Source: Acytostelium subglobosum
Lineage: Eukaryota
DNA: 56,545 nt
Assembly (NCBI RefSeq): GCF_000787575.1
Contig: NW_012236516.1
Span: 342,535-399,079, forward strand
Direction: 5' to 3'
Shown piece by piece: positions 33,801 to 45,500 of the stretch. The translations under genes were made by a program, and so were the position numbers. The notes beneath the pieces are model-generated. The model did not search any database. It was not told the origin of the DNA and saw nothing but the letters and a program-made list of their open reading frames with translations. Within the stretch, counting starts at the first letter, position 1. Each line of letters starts with the position of its first letter.

Positions 33801-35470
33801 AAAAGGTCGTCGCGACCAATGTGGCCCTCAATGTCGGTGGGACCATATAGGAACTCCTTGCGCTCGCCAATTCCACAGAGATGGCCCTTGATGTTCAGCT
33901 TCTCAGCCGCGGCCTTCATGCGGTCAAACACTTCGCCGCGTGCCGCCACCACGCTCTTGCCACCGTCCGCGCTACCATAGACAATGGTCTTCTTTGGCAC
34001 GATTGGCAGAATGGACATGGCCACCAGTCTGAAGCCACGATAGTCCAGCAGCGCCATCAGTGGCACGTGAATGCCCTCGCAACCATAGTAACGCATGACG
34101 GACTTGAGCTCGTGGCCGCCCGCCTTCATTGAGAACTCGTCGTTGCCATAGATCTTGATCCAGTCGGAAGCGAACTTGAACAGAATGCCATTGTAGACGT
34201 ACTTCTCGCCTCCAGCCTGTCCACCAAGACTGGGCACGGACATGATGGTCTTGAAGCGCGTGTCAATGAATGCCTCCTCAATGATGATCTTGCCATATGT
34301 GATCGCAGCGTGCAAGAAGTCCTTGCTGAGCGAGGACAGATGCTTGTACTTGACGTACTTCTTGTCGAGGTCGTCCTCGGGCAGCAGCAGCAGTCGTTGG
34401 AACTTCTCGTTCCACCCAATGCCCAGGCCATACTTGCCGCCCACGTCGGGTGTGATTGAGGCAGTGGTCGAAGAGGGTCCATTGTCATAGTTGGTCGATG
34501 TCTGTGACAGGCCTCCGAGGGCCGCCGCTGCCGCTGCCGCGCTTCGCTCATTCTTTAGTCGCTCATTAATATACATCTCTTGGCTTGATATTGATTTGAT
34601 CGCTGGGGCGTTGCCATAGCTGCTGTAGGCATCAACATTGTCATAGCTTGATGTTGACGTTGATGTTGATGTTGTTGATGATGTCGTGGTAGCTTGCTTG
34701 GCCTTGAGATGAGCCACCGCAGCAGTGAACTGTGCGGAAGTGTCCTCATCATTGTGTTCGTTCAATGAGAGCGTCGATACCAAGGTCTCGAGCTTGACAG
34801 CGGGTTGTAGGTGTGATGGAGATGGCGTGTCTATTCGATCGGAGGAGAAGTATATACCCTGCTCCTGAAATGATGGTAGTGAGCCTTCTAAGCCCTCCGA
34901 GCCATCTGAGCCAGCACCATCATTGATACCATGTCTTGTTGTTTGTGTTTGTATTTGTGTCGTCGTTGTCGATGTAGTGGATGTTTGTGTTTGTGTTGTA
35001 GTAGTCGAAGTCGATGTGGAGTTCACCGTCTGCAAAGATGGTGATTGATCAAGTTGTGCAATAGGTTCATTCTTTACAATTGGTATAGCCACCTGTTGCT
35101 GTTGCTGCCTGTATCCCTTGCCACCCTTCTTTGTTATATAGCCTGGATGTTTGGGACTATTATTATTCGATGAAGGTGTAGATGATGAGGTTGGTGTAGT
35201 AGCTGTATTTGTTATGTATGATGATGCTGTTGATGATGGAGTCTTCTTCTTCTTCTTTGATTTAGATGATACATAAGGTGTGATGACTTCATCACTACCC
35301 TGCTGCTGTTGTTGTTGTTGTTGATCTATATTAACATTGTTGTTGTTGTTGTTGACAGTTATAACGTCATCACCATCGCTACCATCATTACTATCATTGA
35401 TAAGATGATAGAATATATACTTGATCACTCTTATAAAATGGATGTATATATACAATGACACAAAGTACAT
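27844..35470 (-). CDS. Very large composite gene on the minus strand: Ser/Thr-rich N-terminus, CLU (clustered mitochondria) central domain, CLU C-terminal region, F-box-type cysteine-containing LRRs, a UBC (E2) catalytic domain and a terminal CCCH zinc finger. Inferred exons: 35470..33176, 33140..32909, 32831..29346, 29274..28753, 28694..27844.
   Basis: ORF 33167-35470 contains GWNEKFQRLL..LLDYRGFRLVAMSILPIVPKKTIVYGSADGGKSVV..EGHIGRDDLFYVLDFARVFPP..EGINVRYLGIV, which matches CLUH DWNEELQ..VVDYRGYRVTAQSIIPGIL..GNDGRHYILDLLRTFPP..RGINMRYLG. Exon B reads ...NMTGIKLADES..VVLSDITSMDVKVKHMNIISLAEG.., which parallels CLUH ..LKTGIQVLLKEY..VLNIFPVVKHVNPKASDA. Exon C (ORF 29192-32803) carries CPHLQSINMAKTG..LRHLSIANCRLVSSHGIQALGYCKNLQHLNIAGCHLI.. 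(LRR_cc) and then ..LMADLKAIKTNPIPLMSAEPVDASDLLTWHANIAAPDGSPFEGGIFHLELKFPPTYPAIPP..FPHPHVHDGGRICLDILS (a UBC fold, with the active-site Cys codon at 30245-30247). The last exon ends KLICKYFASGKCTYGDRCKMTH, a CX7CX5CX3H finger. Exon joins: GTATGT..TAG (77 nt), GTAAGT..CAG (71 nt), GTAAGT..TAG (58 nt). The CLU to exon B join needs a 35-nt GTATAG..CAG segment; see the finding on that span. Confidence 0.55.
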
Positions 35471-35673
35471 TATGTATGTGTGTCTGTTGTTGTTGTTGTA
35501 TTAAGATTATATTATATATATAAGTACTCGATCGATCAATCAATCAAAGTGAATACGCGATGACACACAAACAAGATAAATGAGGGAGTCAAAGTGAAGG
35601 TGATCTTGTCAAGGGGCACGTCCAAGAGGCACGTTTTTCATTTATGGGTTCACGTCACGCCACGTCAACTCGG

Positions 35674-38600
35674 TTAAGTGGAAGTGCGAGATGTCTCCTT
35701 GATATGCGCCAGTCTTTGACGCAGTGATGCAACAGTCGCTGAAAGGTCCTGCGTGCTCTCGCCTCCACCTACTCCTCCAGTGCCAGTACCAGCACCACCA
35801 ATTCCAGCTCCACTAACAGTCGTCCTACGACCTCCAGTCATGTTGAGTGATGTTGATGATGATGTTGAAGTGGTTGTTGGTGCAGTTGGTAATGTCATCA
35901 TCGTGTCGTTGTTTGTAGTCACATCTTGTCCACTGGCATACTTGTTTCGAAGTCTATTCAATGTGTTCAGTGCCATTGTGGCGGTAAGTTGATTGCTTTC
36001 ATCGCCATATGACTCGCCCAGACTGTTCTCACGATGAGCCTTTCTCTGTATCTCGCGAAGTCGTTCCATGTAGTCCACCTCTGGTGGTTCGGGCACGTTG
36101 GAGCGTGCATGCTCCCTCTCAGTGGCAATCTTTGTCAGACTTCGATGTATGTATGCCTGGAAGGGACCTGTCGACCTGTTGATGTGTGGACTGACGTCGT
36201 AGTCTGGGAACTGTTTCTTGAAGTAATGGAGGTCGTAGAGACCTTCGGTGGTCTCATCGCGCGAGCCCACCTTGCGGAAGATCTTTATCGCCAGCTGTCT
36301 CTTCTCATCGTCATTGGCGGCAGAGTAGTTGCGCGGCTCCTTGTTGACGGTGGAGCGTTGCTCTTCCAGCGTGGACGTGCCACTCCTAGATGATATGTCA
36401 CTCAGCGTAGGGATGGTGATGTTGTCCTGCTTCAAGATATCCGGTGTATTCAAGGGTGCCACACCCAACTGCGCAATGTCCAGGAACTCTGCACTGTCCC
36501 CAAGACTCTTGTGCGACTTGGGCTGAGGCTGGGCTTGTTGATCCTTCACAGCGACAAGCTTGTCAAAGGCCTGCTTGCCACCGAGTAGATTGGCCAACAG
36601 TGCAAAGAGGTTGGTGTGCTTGGAGGCTTGCTGTGCAGAGTTGATTCGCTTGCAGAATGCCACGACATCGGATTGATTGAGAGTGACGATGTCTTGTGTG
36701 AGTCTCTCGGCAGCCTTCTTGAATGTATCGTCGATCTCTCCATTCTGATATTGAAGCAGCGTGCCTACCTCTTGCAAGATGGCCGACACATCCATCTCGA
36801 TTGGCGAGCCCGCTTGCGCTGCCTCCTTGAGTGGCTTGGAAGCGCGCTGCATGCATTTGAGCAGCAAGTCCTTGTACTTGGGCGACACCTGCTTCTGATT
36901 GGGCGCGCTCACCTTTGTCATCATCTGGAGCAACGCGCTCAACAGCGTCGTGTTGTTGCTGTTCTGGAGTGTACGCAACAGTACTTGGTTCAGTGCCTTG
37001 TTGATCCAGTTCAGGTCCTCCTGGTTCTGGCCGGCCGCTCCAGCGGTGTGACCCACCAGCAGACGGATCGACTCGGACAGCACGGTCTGCAGCGCCACCA
37101 CCGAGGTACGCTTGGCTATGAACTCGTTCGAGTAGATCGTCACGATCGTGTGTATCAGATATTTACAGAGGCGGAAGATCGTCTGGTCGTTGGTGACCTG
37201 CGGGAAGATGCTCAGCAGGATGTTAGTGAGGTTGAGCAGATACTGCTCGCTAAAGTACAGGAACTTCTCGGCGAATGACTGTGAGTTGGCCAGATAGTTG
37301 GACAGATGCTTGAGGTACTCGACCACTGTGTCGAACGTCTCGTCTGTGTAGTTGGTGAGCACATTGAGGTACTCTTGTATCTTGAGCGTCTCCTCGTCGT
37401 CGGGAGGGCGTTGCAGTGCCTGCTGTGTCGACGGCACCTTTGAGCTTCCAGCTGTGCTTGGCGAGCTGACTGACGAGCTGCCAAACATGCCTTGGAGTGT
37501 CTGTCGATCGGCAGCCGATATGTTGCCAATGTGCTTCCAGATGTCGTCGCCAATGTGACTGTACAGTTGTGTGAGTGTGTTGGCCGCCGCTTGTTTGGCG
37601 GTGGGCTCGCGGTCTGCCAATGACTTGGCGACGATGGATATAACGCTCTTGATGTTGTTACCACACACTGCCGCGCCATGCTGATTGATCAGACTGCCCA
37701 GATCTGAGATGCATTCGAATCGCGTCCTCCAGTTGGAGGTCTTGGCGGTGACTTCCAACGTGTACTTGAACAGTGAGTTGGGCTGCGTCACCTCGGCCAG
37801 CTCCTTGTACGCCTGCTTGAGTGTCTGCTTGAAAGTCTCGTTGGTCGTGCCCATCTTCTCGGTGACGACCGGCAGTATGCAGCCGGCCTCGTAGTCGCTG
37901 ATGAAGTACTCGACAGCCTTCATGCGCTGGGCGATCGTCTCGAGCAGCGACAGTGTCCTCTTGAGCGAAGTCAAGCCAACGTCAAACAGCTTGAATGAGC
38001 ACCATCTAAACACGATGTCGAGGACACTGATGAGAAGGTCGATGTTTCCGTCCTCCTGGGCGACGCTAGCCAGCATGTCCACGACCTGTTGTTGATGCGA
38101 CGAGTTGGCTGAGAACATCATGTTGGCAAACTCCTCGCTAAAGGTCGCGCCAACCTGTTCCTGGAGCTGCTCCTGTATCTCGTCTGTTTCCAAAAAGTGG
38201 AATGATTGAGTGGTGCTGCGTTGTCTGGTCGACTTGCCGTTGGGATCATTGATGATGAACTCGTCCGTTATCGAGGGGGACGAGGCGGCAGGCGGCTGCA
38301 GCGGTTGCGATGGCTGCAGTGGTTGCATCTTTTGTGGTGTTGTAGACGACGAGAATGAGCCACGTCGTGGTGTGACGGATGGTGATGGAGTTGGCGTTGT
38401 AATGCGGCTGCCAGTGGATGCTCGGGCCGGTGACTGAGCGCGGGCACTCAGCTTGGACGCGGCTGTGGCTGGGGCGGGAGCAGCAGCACCAGCGCCCTTC
38501 TTTCCATAGTATCTGTCAATGACCGCTTGTATAGCTGTCTGGTTCGTGGGTTTGACCTCACGCATCTCCTTCTTGATCACATCGCCTGGAACACTGGCAC

Positions 38601-41600
38601 TGATGGCGGCCAGCAGCTGCTCCGAGTTGGATCGTATCTCAACGTTCTTGTCCTGCAGGCATGTGATGATTGGTTTGATAAGCTGTGGCAGATCAGTCTG
38701 AGTCTTGACCGCTGCGATATTGGACAGTATCCAAACGAGTCCTTCCTTGCGACTTGTGGCTGATTCCTGAGTGAGCAGCGTGGCGATGGGCGACACGAAC
38801 ATGTCGACGCCCAGCTCCTGTGACAAAAAGTTCATTGAGGCCAATGCAGCATCGCGCAGTTGCTTCTTGGAGTCGGCCAACAGCGAAACGATGCCGGGCA
38901 GTAATGTTCGGGTGGACTTCTCAATGGCGGGGCCAACCGAAGTGACCAACAGCGACACGAGTGTGAGCGATGTCGTGATCACCTTTTGGTTCTTGTCTGT
39001 GAGTGGGCCCTTGCCAATGCAGCTCATGAGTGTTCCAAGCTTGGGTTGTATCTTGAGGTTGGCATCGATCAGTATGCGCTCAATCTCCTCCAGGGCAGTC
39101 TGTCGCTGCTTCCAATCATTGTCCGAAAGATTGGCCAACAAGATGCTGTTGAACTTGGCGCCGACATCTGTGCGCGGCACCTCGCTTTCGACGCGTGGCT
39201 GACGCGATTGTGGTTGGGGTTGCATGTCCTTGACCTTGGCAAACTCCTTCTCGGTGGCGTCCAGTAGTTGTTTCTTGATGTCTGACAGGTAGTCGAGCAG
39301 GGCTGGTCCGATTGCGACGCGCAGCACACAGAGCACCTTGATGGCCGAGGTCTTGACGGGTGTGGACGACGACTCCATGCATCCCTTAATAAAGTCAAAG
39401 AGAGGTTTGAACAAGATCGAATTGACTCCAAACTCCTCGAGTGCCTGTGCCATCCACACAAGTGTCGACTCTGTGATCTTGGGGTTCTTGTTGCCTAGTG
39501 CGGCTGAGTACGCGAGTTGGAACACGGCCTCGGGTGCTAGAGCCTCGCACACCAGCATCAGTGTCTCTGTCGCCTTCTCCTTCAGCTTGACGTCGGTCAG
39601 CTTCTCCAACACTGCGCTGAGGAACAGTGACACTGTTGTCTTGGAGAATGATGTGTCTTGTGTTGCCAGCGCTCCAATGATGCCCAGGTGATTGTTGGTG
39701 ACCTGGAAGTTCACCTCCTTCCATCCTGGTTTCTCTTGCATGTAGCTGATCAAAGGCTCGGACATGCCTGCTCTGGCGCCATTGCTCACGGCCTCATATA
39801 TTGCCTCGGTGGCTTCGACTCTGTCCTTGAGGTTCTGGCTGTCCAGTCGCGAGAGTATATCTGATGGAATGACGTCTGACAACTTCTTGGCATACTCTTC
39901 CAATGATGAGATTGCTGGTGGTGGTGGCGCGGCAGCTCCAGTTGATGCTCGTGCTGCGGGCTTGCCGCCAGCTCCCTTCTTGCCATCCTCCTCCGCGGCC
40001 ACGGGTGCCTCGACGGCGACCGGTGCAGGGGCTGTGGGCATCAAATCCTTGATCTTCTTCAGCTTGATGGCATCCAGTTGATTGAAGTATGGTGCCATGC
40101 CACGCTCACCAATGACGTTTGCCAGAACAGCAAATGTCTTGGCAGCACCATCACGAACTGCGCCATCAGTGTCGTTCAGGGTATCCATCAGCACCTTGGC
40201 CAGTTGCTTGGCAACCTTGACGACATCCTGTGGCTTCTTGGTTGTGGACATTGTCTTGTGCATGAAGTTGAGCACTTCGATCTTGACCTGTGCCACCTTG
40301 GAGCCCAGCATCGTGGTCAAATCCTCGACCATGTCAGGCAGTGACAGGGTTCTCGTGATGATCTGTTCCATTGTGACGTGTATCGCTGGCACCACCTGTG
40401 GCTTCTTCTCTTTGTAGCGCTCCATGATTGGCACGAGGAATTGCTTGACCTGTGATGTGTACTGTGTGCGAAGGCCCTCGCAAAGCAGACCGACAGCCAC
40501 AATGGCCTTGGTGACAATCATGACGTTTGTGTCGGCCAGTGTCTTCTTGAGAGTTCGTGACAACTCATTAAAGTCGCCATTCTCAATCTTTGGAGATGAC
40601 TGCAGTATCTCCACCAACTTGTCAATCTGTGCCTGTCGCTCCTGCCACTTCTTTGCCTCCATGCCCTCATAGAACTCCCCAGTGATCTTGTTCAATATAT
40701 TTACAGCGTCGATCATTGAGTAAGGATCGATCTCCTCTACTTCTACAACTTCTGGTTCTGTTTGGCGTTAGGGAATGGATGGAGAGGGGAGGGCGGCGGC
40801 AGGGTAACTTACTTATTCCTTTGGCGGCCTGAGCTTGGGCCTTGGCAGCCTCACTCCTCATGTATTTGAGTGGGATGGCAGGGTCGTTTGGTAACTTCTC
40901 GAATGTCTCATTGAGTGCCTTGAGTTGAAGTGCTGTCAGACTGTCGAGCAGAGGTAACAACGCCTGCTTCATCCATCTATATATCTCGACAATGAGTGCC
41001 ATCGCTTCATCTCTGATTGCCTTGTCTCGATGCTCGAACCATGGTTGGAACTGCTTCAATATCGACTTGACCGGTATGACCTTTGGTCCAAACGTCCTAT
41101 CGTGAGCACGCGATTAGTGATTGATTGATTGATTGAATGAACGCGAACATACTTCAAAGCCTCTCTTAGACCGATCAATGAAGCTGTCATGACTTTGGGT
41201 GAGCTGTTGGTCGTGCCCTTGAGCAAACTGTCGACTACGGCCTCGGGTGAGTCTGCTTCGATTGTAGCGAGCAATACTTCTATGGTCTTGTCCTTGACCT
41301 TGGGTCTTGTCGATGAGAAACACTTCTCGACCAATATAGGCGCGAATGACGGGGCAAACACCTTGACCGTGTCGCAACGATCAATGAATGTTGCCAACGT
41401 CTCCAACACCTTCTCCTGTACCATCGGGTTGATATCAGCCAAGTACTTCTTGAAGTTGTGGCCTATGTCAATGCCAGTGTCAATGTCAGTGTCTTGCCTT
41501 CATCATCACAACACATGACACTACATACCATGATCATTGTATAGTGCACCAGTTGACTCGAATGAGTTCTTATACTTTGTTGTCAACTCTTCGAATCCAC

Positions 41601-41673
41601 TCGAACGCCACTTCCAGTTCTTATGAGCGATACGGTCCTCAATTGAACCGGATGGTTGCTCTTCATCAGCCAT
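35674..41673 (-). CDS. XMAP215/Dis1/ch-TOG family microtubule polymerase with multiple TOG domains (a CP224 homologue), 4 exons: 41673..41529, 41462..41153, 41096..40813, 40757..35674
   Basis: Exon 1 reads MADEEQPSGSIEDRIAHKNWKWRSSGFEEL. Exon 2 is TOG1. Exon 3 reads KTFGPKVIPVKSILKQFQPWFEHRDKAIRDEAMALIVEIYRW, comparable to XMAP215 [24 protein letters not shown]. Exon 4 (1680 aa) reads [53 protein letters not shown], comparable to XMAP215 TOG2 [49 protein letters not shown]. Further TOG-like HEAT arrays follow, then a Ser-rich linker. Introns are 66, 56 and 55 nt with GTATGT/GTAAGT donors. Confidence 0.9.
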
Positions 41674-42583
41674 CCTATTCCTTGTCTTTTAATCCTAACT
41701 AATCTATCTATCTATCTTAATCACAATTTGTTGTTGTTTGATGAATGATGCTGAAGTCTGGTGATATGGCTATATATACATATACAAATACAAATACAAT
41801 GTGTAGTAGATTACCTTGGATTGTTCATTCGAGTCAAACTTCATTGAGACTTTGATGACAACAACAAAAAAGTGATGTTCGGGCGGGAAAATTATGATTT
41901 TTGGCTTGGACCTCACTGGAAGGAGATATCATCAAACAACAACAGTCTTCTAGAAGTGAGTGAGTTTGGGAGTCGACAGAGATCTTAGTGTCGTTGCCAA
42001 ATCCACTGACTTGACATAAAAGATTAGGACTGACCTGAATTGAATGGATTCGAGTCAGATTCCTTTTCAACCAGTTCATAATAAAGTGAGAGGGAAATGA
42101 CTAAACAATCATCTGACAATAGGTCCAACTTCCAAATGAATACCATGGTGTCAACTAAAACTGATATCAATGGACTTAATATCTCTTCAAACAAATACGA
42201 ACTACATTACTCAACCTTCATTGAAAAGAGTGTAGAAAAAAAGGAGAAAAGTCATCAAAATTCTCATTTGATTCGTGTGTTTTGTATCAAGATTTGATGA
42301 GCTGTAGGCTGATCAAATATGTGAACTTGTGTATGTATTTTGGGCCATAAATATCCAATTTAATTAAAGTATTGACAACCACCAAACCAAAGGATACAGT
42401 CTGTGTCTTGAATGAATGAATGAAACTTTGATCATTGTTGTAAATACATGTGTATATATATTCAATCAATCAACCAATCAATCAATCAGTAAACATAATA
42501 GTAAAGTTAATAATAATAAGTTGTAATTTGAAATAATAATAAATATCATAAAGGAAGGTTGAGTTCAAAAGAAAGATAGAAAT

Positions 42584-45500
42584 ATGAAACTATTGGACAA
42601 TATACTTTGTTTCGTCGATGGCACTGGAGCATCATTCAAGGACAAGAAGGTCATCCAGGACCTCATCATAGCCAACGGTGGTAAATCAACTACTTTGTTG
42701 AACCAAAAGGTATGCATCACCAATGGTGGAACTATCCCATCATCACTCATTCATCAACTAACTCAACTGAATCAATCAATCAAACAAAGGTATCATACTA
42801 CATATGTTGTGCAAATGACTTGAACATGCTATCCAAGTCAAATGCATCACATGAACAGGAACAACCACAACAACAGGATGACAATGACAATGATGATGAA
42901 GATGAGGATGATGATGGTGGACAACAGGTGAGAGGTAGCATCTACTTGGACTCATTATCATACAATGTACGCAAGGCTATAAAGTTGAACATACCTATTA
43001 TGACACGCCAGTTCATCGACGACTCGGTCTCGGCTGGCTTCTTGCTCTCCACCGACCAGTACCAACTGGTGTCGCTATACAACATCAAGGAGCATCACTA
43101 CCAGTCCTACGACTTTGGCGCGCTGCTCGACGACGGCGCAAGCAGCAGCAAACAGACATCACTGGAGCAACGCAAGCGCGTGCCATACAAGCCGGCCGAG
43201 CCGGCCGCCGACGCGCCTCCATTCCCTGAGGATCGCTATCACATCGTCAAGTACAACGTGCTGCAGTGGACGCAGCAGAAGCGCTTCGTGTGTCTGGAGC
43301 TGCATGTGGGCGGCGGCGCCATGGGACTCATTCAGGTGGGCACTGACAGCGGAGCTCGCGAGGCTTCGTCTGGCGGCGACCAGGAGCAATCATTCTACCG
43401 TGTGTTCATCAATCATGGCTCAACAGACAACATCCCAGCGAGCACTCGCGAGTGGACTCCCGTGCCCAGCATTGAGGATGGACTCGTGTTGTACAATCAG
43501 CTCTTCCTGCAATACATGTCGCAGCCCTATCAGAAGTTCCTGATGACATCGATCAACATTGGCTCTGACCGCCTGCGTCAGCAGGCCACGTCGGTGGCCG
43601 CCACTCAGTCGTTGCTGCCCGACTCTGTACAGAAATTGGTCAAGCTGCTCTACGACGAGGCAATCACGACACTGGGCACCAAGCTGGGCGGCGCCCGCCA
43701 GGTCAACCTCACGCCCGAGGGCACGCTGCAGACCGGTGTGGGCACGATCGCTCTTCCCCAGCTCGAGAAGGCAGAGTTCAGTCTCTTCCAGATAGCCAAC
43801 GCAGTGCGCGGCGACCTCGCGCAGATATCCAGCGCCACAGTGGTCGGCCTGTTCAAGGAGTTCTTCAGTGCACTGCCCCAGGCGCGCCCCGCCGGCAACT
43901 TCACCCACAACATCGAGCTGCTTCAGGACATGCAGGACCTGGTGCAGCTGATGAAGGATATTCTTAACGTCGGTGAGTCGCTCGGACTCTCCTCGCAGAG
44001 CAACAACGTGACAGACACACGCTATCGCGCCATGCGCTGTGACATCCGGCCAATGGACACCACGACCAAGCAGTACAAGAAGCTCACCGATCAGATCATG
44101 TCGTCTGCCAAGCATCTGATGACCATCAAGAACATCTACCAAGTGACGCGTCGCGAAGAAGAGAACCATGTCTTCCCACATCAAAACGTCAAGACACTCT
44201 ACCATGGCAGTAGACCCAGCAACATCCTCGGTATCATGAGTCGTGGACTGCTCACACCCAAGTTGTCCACCACCCTAGGTGCATCCAGGCGTGATGTCGG
44301 TTACCTTGGATCAGGTATCTACTTTGGAACAAAGGCTGCAACAAGGTATGTTTGATTGATTGAGTGATTAAGTGAATGATTGAATGAGCACATACTGACC
44401 AACTACTCCTTAGCTTCCAATACTGTGATGGCCAAGCAACATCGACTTCAAGGTTCATGTTGGTGTGCCAGGTAGCACTTGGCGCAACAAAGAAGTATAC
44501 TTCGCATCAGAGTCATTTGGTCGAGCCACCAAAGGGCTTTAACAGTGTACAGGGTGTGGCCAAAGACAACAACAATGGCTCAGTGTTCACAGATGATGAG
44601 ATGGTCGTGTTCGATCCCAAGCAACAAGTGCTGCAATACCTGGTCGAGTTCCAGGCCATCGACAACAGCTTCAAGACTGCCAACAGCAACATCTCTTCGC
44701 TCAACATGCAGAGCAAACAGGATGCAGCTACATCATCATCAGTCATTGACACTGATGTCGTGCCAAGTGTCGTGCCAGCGTCCAACGCAAAGGATGAGAA
44801 AGAGGAGGTCAAGGAGTCGGGACTCATTGGTGGCGGCGTGGCCATCCCTCTTCAATCAGTGCACGTTCGCGCCAAGCTTCTGGATCTCGTTGGCGAGGTG
44901 GTACTCTACCAACACTACAAGAACGACTCGTCCAAGGCTATCGAGGCCAAGTACGTGTTCCCTCTGGATGAGATGGGCGCAGTCTGTGGCTTCGAAGCAT
45001 ACATAAATGGCAAGCACATCATTGGTGAGGTCAAGGAGAAGGAGCAAGCTCACCGCGAGTACAAACAGGCCATCTCCGAGGGCCATGGCGCCTACCTCAT
45101 GGACGAGGAGAAGCCCGACGTGTTCACTGTGAGCGTTGGCAACCTTCCGCCACAGGCTGAGGTGCTCATCAAGATCACCTACATCACCGAGCTCTCGATT
45201 GACGGCCTGGACATCAGCTTTGTGCTGCCATCCTCAATCTCACCCGCCCAGCGCAGTCTGAGTGCGGCCCAGGTCACCCAAACCACCACTTCTACCGTCA
45301 AGGTGGACAGCGACGCCACCTCCAAGCTTTCGATCCAAGTCGGCGTGGAGATGCCTTACAACATCGTCAAGTTGGTGTCGCCATCTCATGAGATTCGCTG
45401 CAAGAAGACACACACCAAGGCCACCGTGGAGCTGGCCAGCGGCGAGTCCAGCCTTGGAAAGAACTTCCAATTGTTGGTCGGTCTGGAGGACCCGTACAGC

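Noticed and set aside
35753-40672. Many plus-strand ORFs inside the ch-TOG gene, for example 36616..37278 (220 aa) and 38771..39202
   Set aside because: They are antisense to a continuous 1680-aa conserved ORF and show no domain signatures.
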